Shown here: one piece after another, positions 26,459-33,971 of the stretch
Layout: each line of letters starts with the position of its first letter
How positions within the stretch are numbered: the stretch's first letter is position 1
Assembly (NCBI GenBank): GCA_044225505.1
Contig: JBGAIN010000054.1
Location: 1 to 44,433 of the forward strand
Direction: 5' to 3'
DNA length: 44,433 bases
Origin: Limisphaerales bacterium
GTDB taxonomy: Bacteria > Verrucomicrobiota > Verrucomicrobiia > Limisphaerales > SIBE01
Position numbers and translations under genes: made by a program
Notes under the pieces: model-generated
The model's input: only the letters and a program-made list of their open reading frames with translations
Told to the model about the DNA's origin: nothing
The model's database searches: none

Positions 26459-26809
26459 CGTTGACTGGGGCGAAGTCTAGGTCTCGCGCTGTCCGCCCAA
26501 CGAGACGCTTCGGAGGGCGGCGGCGGCCGGTCGTCCGGCAGATTCACTCTGAGTGTCGGCGCAGTCCGCGCCGCGCATGATCCAAGCGCTCGCCGGTGAA
26601 CGGCAGATGCAGAATTCTTTTGTGGACTGGAGAAGCCGGTTACCTGACGGAACCTGCTGACGCCGCGGCAAGAGTTGATCCTCCGTTGGAGTTCGGTTAC
26701 GGAGACGCGGCTGCAGGGAGCAAGATTTTTCTTTCCGAGCAACCATAGATTTGCTGAGATGCGGCAGCTGGTTCCCGGATATGCGCGTTGGGCATGACTA
26801 ACTCCTGTT

Positions 26810-29800
26810 TTGAGGGTGTTCCTTCTGGGCCCGCGATGGCTTTATCACGTTGTCTTACTTGCGTGCGTCGCGGTTGGTCTGATTGGACGTCCTGACTCTC
26901 AGGGTGCGCCTTTGCCGCGGCTGGCTGGCACCCGCCTTCCCGACCAGCAAATCCGGGTTGGATGGCCGAGTGATACCAAGGACTTTATACTGGAATCTTC
27001 GGCCGCGCTGGACAAGGGCGCAGCTTGGGCAACCGTGAGCGGCGCAGTCCAAGTGGATGGTTCGGGCTTCTTCGTCGTGCTCGCGCCTGGATCGACAAGC
27101 CGGTTTTTTCGACTTCGTCAGACCCAAGGAACGCCGTTGGCCAGCCTTGAGGAGACTTCTCCAGCGCAAGGTGAATCCGGGGTTGCTGTGACACGCGAAA
27201 CGATTCTCCGATTTACCGCGCCCCTGGCGTCGAGCACCACCGTTGGAAATGAGCGGCTTTACGCGGAGTTTGGAGGAAGGCGGCTCCTCTCACGAATCCA
27301 GTTGTCGAGTGATCGACGGACCTTGACCCTGTTTTATTTGGAGCCTTTGCCGGGCAGTTCCCGTGTCCGTGTGACACTCAAAGGAGATGGATTGACGGAT
27401 GCCACTGGAGGTGGCGTGGATGTGGATGGCGACGGGCTGCCTGGAGGTGTGGCGCAGATTGATTTCAATACCGTCTCGGTGACCGCGGTGGAAAAGACGG
27501 CGGTGTGTGGACGAGTCTTTGCCAGCGAATTGGCAACCACACGCACCGGAGATTCGGTCAACGTTCCGTTGGCGGGCGTCACCGTTACTGTCGACGGTAA
27601 AGAAGAGACCTTGCGGGCGGTTACCGATGACAATGGCGACTTCCGGCTTGAACCCGCCCCTGCCGGCGACTTCTTCGTCCATATCGACGGCCGGACCGCG
27701 GTCCGATCGGTGCAGAATGACTTTCCGCGTGGCGCTTACTATCCTTTTGTTGGAAAGAAATGGGCCTCGGTGGCCGGGGAAGAAATTAATATCGGGGACA
27801 TCTTCCTGCCTTTGATCGTGGAAGGTAGTTTAAAGCCCGTTAGCGCCAACCAGGAGACGTTGGTTACTTTTCCGTCGGATGTGCTCACCGAACATCCTGA
27901 ATTGGCGGGTGTGACCGTGACGGTTCCGGCCAACGCGTTGTTGAGCGACGCCGGTGTGCGTGGCGGGATGGTCGGGATCGCACCCGTTTCTCCGGACCGG
28001 CTGCCCAGTCCGTTGCCACCCGGTCTCGATTTCCCACTCGTTATTACGGTGCAAACGGATGGTCCAAGTAACTTCGACGTGCCTGTGCCAGTTTGCTTTC
28101 CGAACCTGCCGGACCCACGGACTGGTCAGACGAAAGCGCCAGGCGCCCAAAGCGCACTCTGGAGTTTCAATCACGACATTGGAGATTGGGAAGTTGTCGG
28201 CTCGATGACGGTGAGTGCCGACGGAAAACTCGTTTGTACGGATCCGGGCGTCGGGATCCGTCAACCGGGCTGGCACGCCGATGGTCCAGGGAGTCAGGCT
28301 ACCGGCGGCAACACGCAAAACAGCCAGCCGCGCAACCCGACTCGGCCTCGTCCCACTGGCAACCAGGAGTGTGCCCTCAATGACTGCCCCTGCGAGGGGA
28401 ACTGTCACACTGGTCGCGAAGTCTATTTGCAGAGTGGAGAAGAAGTGCTCACGGCAACCGATCTTTTGATTCCAGGACGCGCCGGCCTGGATTTTCGCAT
28501 GGAACGTACTTACCGGAGTCGATTGGACTTTAACGGTCCAATCGGATTCGGCTGGAACTTCACCTACAACGAGGCCCTGTTCTTCGAACCCAACGGCAAT
28601 GTCGTGAGGTATACCGGCCGATCTCATGAAGCGACTTGGACACGCCAGGACGATGGAACCTACACTGCGCCGCCTGGCTATTTCGGAATGCTAGCGCGCG
28701 ACCTGGACGGCATCTTTGTTTTGACCGAGCCTGATGGATTCCAGCGTTTGTATCGGGAGGACGGCCGGGTCATTTGTCATCAGGACCGGTTCAACAACCG
28801 GATTCTTTTTGACTATGACCCGCGTGGTAACCTCCATCGTGTCGTTGACGTTTTTGGGCGCGAGATCGAGTTTACTTTTGAGACTCAGGGAGATGGCATT
28901 GACCGACTCACCCGGGTGGAGGACTTTCTTGGACGCCAGATCCACTATCAATACGACGCCAACGGTGACTTGGTGAGTGTCACGGCGCCGGCGATTTCGG
29001 GGACGTCCACCGGCAATGATTTTCCCAATGGCCGGACCGTTCGCTATGCCTACTCGAGCGGCTTCTCTCACCCCGACCTCAATCACAACTTGTTGAGTGT
29101 GACGGCCCCGGAGGAAGTTGCGCACGGAGGTCCGCCCCGTCTGCAATGGACGTACGGAACGAGTTTTGATTCGCCATTGCTGCTGGATCGTGTGCTTACC
29201 GAAACGGAAGGAGGGACGAACGGATCGGGAGTTGCCTCCGGCGGGACACGGCGATTCGAATACAGCGCTCTCAATGCAGACGCCCCACCCGGGCAGTTGG
29301 ATATTCCGCGTGGCCAAGCGCGCATCACTGAGCGGAACGGCAATGTTAAAGAATTCTACGTGAACGAGCGACAGCTTCACATTCTGACCCGGGAGTTCAC
29401 CCGAGGGCGGAGGGCTGCGGAACCTGAGTTTTACGAGACGCGTTCCTATTTTGATGAGGATGGCCAGCTGATTCGTCGGGTGTTTCCGGAAGGCAACGAA
29501 GTCCGATACCTTCACGCGTCCAACGGGCCGCGGCGAAGCCGCGCGAACGTGATCGAAATCCGACAGATTGCCGATCCTACCCGCGGGGGAGGACCGGACC
29601 TGGTGACGACATTTACGTATGAACCGCTCTACAATCAGATCCTGACCATGACCGATCCGCGCGGAAATGCCCCAAGCTTTAAGCCCTCGCTCGGATCACA
29701 AAGCGCAGCCCGCTACACCAAACGGTTTTTCTATGACTACCAGGAGTCAACCTCGCCTGTTCTGCTCGCGCAAAAATTCGGAATCGATCTCTCGGGTGTG

Positions 29801-32800
29801 GCCAGAGGTTTAGGTGACTTGAATGGAGACGGTCGGACAGACCAGGCCTTTGGCAACCTTGTCCGCGTGGAAGCACCGGAGGTGCTCCTACGCTCAGGAT
29901 CCAAGGAAGCGACCCGGTTACAGTCGACCACACAGAGGATCGTTTCCCAAATGATTTGGAATGATCAGGGCCAAGTCGTCACCCGAATCGACCCGGAAGG
30001 GAATGTCACAGAGTACACCTATTATCCTGAGGATGACCCTGACGGTGACGGTCAGAAGACCTTTTCCGCCTATGCCGCCCCATCGGGCAAAGCACTGGGC
30101 TATTTGCAGTCTATCACCGTCGACAGTAAAGCCTCGACACGTCGCAGGGCCGACTCCCCAGCCCCTACCGTTCTGAATACCACTTACCGCTATGACCCAG
30201 CGGGCAATCCTATCGGAGTCCAGGACGGACGAGGAGTCACCACTCGCATCGAGGTCAATGCGGCGAACGAAATTGTTGCCCTCACCCGCGGAGCTGAGGT
30301 AGCGGCTGCCGCACAGAATGGACAACTGCTGACGGGAGAGGAACCCCTGCGATACCGAACCGCGTTCTACTATGACAGCAATGGGCGGGTCATTCGGAAA
30401 GAGTCGGAGAACCGGGGCGGCAGCACGCCCGGGGTGGGCGCATCGATAGACGAGACGTTCCGCTATGACATCCTCGACAATCTGGTCGCGCAAACCAAAG
30501 AAGTCGACGCTGGCAAGAGTCTGATCACGCGGTTTGCCTACGATGCCAACGAATTGCTCACGTCGGTGACCGCACCGGAAGGAACCGTGACCGCATTGAC
30601 TTATGACGAGCGGGATCTGGCCTTCACGGAAACCCGTGGGTTTGGAACACCCGAGGCTGCAACTCAGCAAGTCGATTACGACCGGAACGGAAACCGGATC
30701 CGCGTCCTCGACGCCGAAGACACGGACGGAGACGGGCGACGTGGTGCCGTCACATTCCAGCGCGATGGCTTTGATCGTGTGATTTCGGTCACGGACGCTT
30801 TGGGGAACCGGGAAACCTGCGAGTACGATCCGGCTGGCAACTTAATTCAATGGCAGCATTTGGGTCAGCCGGCAGGCCAACTGGCAGGTCCGACCACACT
30901 GCTGGATCGAGCGTTCGTGAGTTACGACGAACTCAATCGCAGAGTTCAGGTCGACCAGGCGCTCTTTCTTGCTAACGGATTGACCACGGTCCGCCCGGCG
31001 CAACTAACCGACGCCAATGCCGACGGGTTCGTGACCACGGTTCACGAGTACGACGCCCTCTCGCGCCTAACCCACGTGATCGAAGATGATGGTGGCGTCG
31101 CTCTAATTCGTTACGACGGGGCCGGGCGTGCGGTGGAAACAATGGACGCCGCTGGCAATCGCAAGGTTGTCCAATTCGATCGGAATTCGAATCCAGTCCG
31201 CGTTACCTCGCAAGAGATTGCCACCGAGAACATGGTGGCCCAGGAGACCTTCAATACCTGGCTGGTCTATGACCAACTGGATCGTCTGGTTCGAGCCACG
31301 GACAACATCGGACAGACCACTCGTTTTTCCTATGATTCTCACAATCATCTCGTGCAGAGATCCGATCCTGAAGGTGCACCGACAGCGGACCCGCTCAAAC
31401 TCTTTCCGACAAGCATCAATGAGCCAGGTAATATCGTGCGTTTCACCTACGATGGGGCGGATCGCCTCATCCAAGTGACGAGCGAACTGCGCCAGAATGG
31501 ATCGGGCGCGGGCGCCCTCGACTTGTCCAATCCGTTCAACTCGGATGGGCTATCGATCCTTCGGTACGATTGGGACGATAACTCCAGGTTAATCGGCATC
31601 ATCGACGATAATGGGAATCGGACAAGTTATTCCTACGACGCCCTGGGCCGGCGCACTCGCAGAACGATGGCCGATGGGACGTTCCATTCTTACACCTTCG
31701 ACCGTGACAACAATCTCGTCCGGATGACAGACGCGAATGGCACTGCGGTCCAGCGGACTTACGATGAGCTCAACCGCCTGGTGCGAAGCGAAGTGGTCAC
31801 GGCGGCGCCTGGACTGGTGGGGACTCGGGTCGAAACTTATGAATACGACGGACTCTCCCGACTGACCCGGTCTACCGACGACAATGGTCTGGCTGATCGG
31901 ACCCAGGTGTTCGAACGCACTTACGACTCGCTGTCCAGACTCCTGGAAGAGCGGCAGAACGGAAGGGCGATCAGCATCGCCTGGGCCGGTGACAACAACC
32001 GGCTTGCCCTCATCTATCCGGGAGGCCGTAAACTTCAGCAAACTTTCGACTCTATCGACCGCGTAGCGTCGCAAGCGGACGCTACGGGAAACGTGGCGCA
32101 ATACCGCTGGATTGGACCGGGCTACCGGCAGCTCGTTCGACTCCATGGCAACGGGACTCGTGCCACCGTCCTGACGGACGCGGGTGATCGGGAATTCGGC
32201 TACGATGGCGTCCCACGCCTGGTTTCCCATCGTGTCGTAGCGGAGGGCGGTGCCAGGCCGTTGCTGGACCGAGTCTACAGCTACAATCGCGTGGATATGC
32301 GCGTGGCGGAGAAGCGCAATGAAGACGAGTTCCAGGGCGACCGTTACACGCTCGATTCCCTTTATCGGATTGTGAAGGCGGCCTTTGACGAAGCGTCGAT
32401 CGCAGGCGGCGTTTCGCGCGATCTACGAAGCACCGAATACAGTTTGGATGGAGTGGGCAACCGTCGGCAACTGATTGATACCATACGAAACCAGAACCCG
32501 ACGCCATTGCCGTTCGCGGTCAATGCAGTCAACGAATACACCGCCATCGGCGGCAGCCCCTGGGTTTACTCTGCCAACGGCAACTTGATCGATGACGGGC
32601 AGCGCACCTACGCCTACGACTACCGAAACCGGCTCGTTTCAGTGAGTCGCAAGAGCGATGGCTTCCCAATTGCTGAATACCTTTACGACACAGGCAATCG
32701 TCGACGCGCTAAAACGACTTACCGCCAGGACGTGCGCGGCCAGATCGATTCGCAGACCCTCTACTTCTACGATCATTGGCAAGTCATCGAAGAGCAAAAC

Positions 32801-33961
32801 GCGAGCGGAGCTACTCTTTTGACCTACGTCTATTCCCCCGTTTACATCGATGCGCTCGTTCAAATGGAAAGAACGGCCAATCATCCTTTGGGCTCGGGAA
32901 AGTTCTATCTGCATCAAAACGCCCGCTATGACGTCGCCACTGTCTCAGACGCCAACGGTCGTTTTGCGGAACAGCGAGTCTATGAAGACTTTGGCCGTAG
33001 TTACGACATTGACAAGCGACCTGTGAATGCGAGTGCGATCGGCAATGCTCGTGGTTTTCAGGGACAATATCTCGATGGCGAAACAGGACTTTATTATTTC
33101 CGCGAACGATTCTATGACCCGGATACCGGGCGATTCCTCCAGCGTGACCCAGTCTGGGATCCGATGAACAGCGGGAATCAATACACGCTCGGCGGGAACA
33201 ATCCCGCAACGATATTGGATCCGTATGGGATGAACGGCCAAACCCAAGCCCGGCCGCCGGGCGGCGGGCAGACCAGGACCCGGCCATCGACGCCAACCCC
33301 GGAAGGAATGCAAGCGCACGAAGCGGTGCGGGACGTGGCCGACTTAGCGCGCATTCCTCTTCAGCTCGGTGGGCCGCTCGGATACTCAAAGTGGGGAAAG
33401 GCCGCTCTGGTCTACGAGGCCTACGAGGAGGCGTATCAGGCGGCGCATTTTACGGCGAACATGTACGACCCGTTAGCCTATCGGGGCGCTGGTAATGGGG
33501 CCGTTCTCGACCGCATGCGGGATTTGAAGAAAACCTTGGAGAAGAGTCCCTTTTCCGCTCCAACGAAAAGCCAGGTAACCACTGTCAAGACCGCCAAGAC
33601 CGCGGCGAAAGTCGGAGCAGCACTTCAGGCTGCGGAAGTCGCCGCCCAAGGCTACGAATATTATCAGAAAGACGAGCGGGTGAAGAAGCTGTCGGCTAAC
33701 GAGCGGGACCGCATTCTGGCTGAGTATGATCGCTTGGTAAAGGAAGCCATGCAGCTGTCTAACACCTGCTTGCGCGACAACCTGATCAAGCAACTGCAAG
33801 CCAACATGGAGTTTCAGCTCAATAACGTGACGGACAGTCAGATCACGGAGCACTTCATTAATGGCGCGGTGTTCATACGAGATTCGCTCTCGACCTTTAT
33901 CCCACTGCCCACAGGCTGGCTCTGGGGCAACACGGCCGAAGAACAGGGCCGACCGCGCTGA
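26810..33961 (+). CDS. Secreted RHS/YD-repeat protein (signal peptide, Ig-like domains, DUF6531-like domain, RHS core, unknown C-terminal domain)
   Basis: Hydrophobic N-terminus, ERTYRS...GPIGFGW, many YD repeats, and the core GLYYFRERFYDPDTGRFLQRDP...NNPATILDPYG (DPYG at 33218-33229). TTG start. Confidence 0.93.
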   Translation: MRVFLLGPRWLYHVVLLACVAVGLIGRPDSQGAPLPRLAGTRLPDQQIRVGWPSDTKDFILESSAALDKGAAWATVSGAVQVDGSGFFVVLAPGSTSRFFRLRQTQGTPLASLEETSPAQGESGVAVTRETILRFTAPLASSTTVGNERLYAEFGGRRLLSRIQLSSDRRTLTLFYLEPLPGSSRVRVTLKGDGLTDATGGGVDVDGDGLPGGVAQIDFNTVSVTAVEKTAVCGRVFASELATTRTGDSVNVPLAGVTVTVDGKEETLRAVTDDNGDFRLEPAPAGDFFVHIDGRTAVRSVQNDFPRGAYYPFVGKKWASVAGEEINIGDIFLPLIVEGSLKPVSANQETLVTFPSDVLTEHPELAGVTVTVPANALLSDAGVRGGMVGIAPVSPDRLPSPLPPGLDFPLVITVQTDGPSNFDVPVPVCFPNLPDPRTGQTKAPGAQSALWSFNHDIGDWEVVGSMTVSADGKLVCTDPGVGIRQPGWHADGPGSQATGGNTQNSQPRNPTRPRPTGNQECALNDCPCEGNCHTGREVYLQSGEEVLTATDLLIPGRAGLDFRMERTYRSRLDFNGPIGFGWNFTYNEALFFEPNGNVVRYTGRSHEATWTRQDDGTYTAPPGYFGMLARDLDGIFVLTEPDGFQRLYREDGRVICHQDRFNNRILFDYDPRGNLHRVVDVFGREIEFTFETQGDGIDRLTRVEDFLGRQIHYQYDANGDLVSVTAPAISGTSTGNDFPNGRTVRYAYSSGFSHPDLNHNLLSVTAPEEVAHGGPPRLQWTYGTSFDSPLLLDRVLTETEGGTNGSGVASGGTRRFEYSALNADAPPGQLDIPRGQARITERNGNVKEFYVNERQLHILTREFTRGRRAAEPEFYETRSYFDEDGQLIRRVFPEGNEVRYLHASNGPRRSRANVIEIRQIADPTRGGGPDLVTTFTYEPLYNQILTMTDPRGNAPSFKPSLGSQSAARYTKRFFYDYQESTSPVLLAQKFGIDLSGVARGLGDLNGDGRTDQAFGNLVRVEAPEVLLRSGSKEATRLQSTTQRIVSQMIWNDQGQVVTRIDPEGNVTEYTYYPEDDPDGDGQKTFSAYAAPSGKALGYLQSITVDSKASTRRRADSPAPTVLNTTYRYDPAGNPIGVQDGRGVTTRIEVNAANEIVALTRGAEVAAAAQNGQLLTGEEPLRYRTAFYYDSNGRVIRKESENRGGSTPGVGASIDETFRYDILDNLVAQTKEVDAGKSLITRFAYDANELLTSVTAPEGTVTALTYDERDLAFTETRGFGTPEAATQQVDYDRNGNRIRVLDAEDTDGDGRRGAVTFQRDGFDRVISVTDALGNRETCEYDPAGNLIQWQHLGQPAGQLAGPTTLLDRAFVSYDELNRRVQVDQALFLANGLTTVRPAQLTDANADGFVTTVHEYDALSRLTHVIEDDGGVALIRYDGAGRAVETMDAAGNRKVVQFDRNSNPVRVTSQEIATENMVAQETFNTWLVYDQLDRLVRATDNIGQTTRFSYDSHNHLVQRSDPEGAPTADPLKLFPTSINEPGNIVRFTYDGADRLIQVTSELRQNGSGAGALDLSNPFNSDGLSILRYDWDDNSRLIGIIDDNGNRTSYSYDALGRRTRRTMADGTFHSYTFDRDNNLVRMTDANGTAVQRTYDELNRLVRSEVVTAAPGLVGTRVETYEYDGLSRLTRSTDDNGLADRTQVFERTYDSLSRLLEERQNGRAISIAWAGDNNRLALIYPGGRKLQQTFDSIDRVASQADATGNVAQYRWIGPGYRQLVRLHGNGTRATVLTDAGDREFGYDGVPRLVSHRVVAEGGARPLLDRVYSYNRVDMRVAEKRNEDEFQGDRYTLDSLYRIVKAAFDEASIAGGVSRDLRSTEYSLDGVGNRRQLIDTIRNQNPTPLPFAVNAVNEYTAIGGSPWVYSANGNLIDDGQRTYAYDYRNRLVSVSRKSDGFPIAEYLYDTGNRRRAKTTYRQDVRGQIDSQTLYFYDHWQVIEEQNASGATLLTYVYSPVYIDALVQMERTANHPLGSGKFYLHQNARYDVATVSDANGRFAEQRVYEDFGRSYDIDKRPVNASAIGNARGFQGQYLDGETGLYYFRERFYDPDTGRFLQRDPVWDPMNSGNQYTLGGNNPATILDPYGMNGQTQARPPGGGQTRTRPSTPTPEGMQAHEAVRDVADLARIPLQLGGPLGYSKWGKAALVYEAYEEAYQAAHFTANMYDPLAYRGAGNGAVLDRMRDLKKTLEKSPFSAPTKSQVTTVKTAKTAAKVGAALQAAEVAAQGYEYYQKDERVKKLSANERDRILAEYDRLVKEAMQLSNTCLRDNLIKQLQANMEFQLNNVTDSQITEHFINGAVFIRDSLSTFIPLPTGWLWGNTAEEQGRPR

Positions 33962-33971
33962 CCTGATTTGT

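Noticed and set aside
26772..26800. A fourth copy of the TGTA-N20-GACT promoter before the RHS gene
   Set aside because: GACTA is present at 26796-26800, but the upstream element reads TTCC rather than TGTA.
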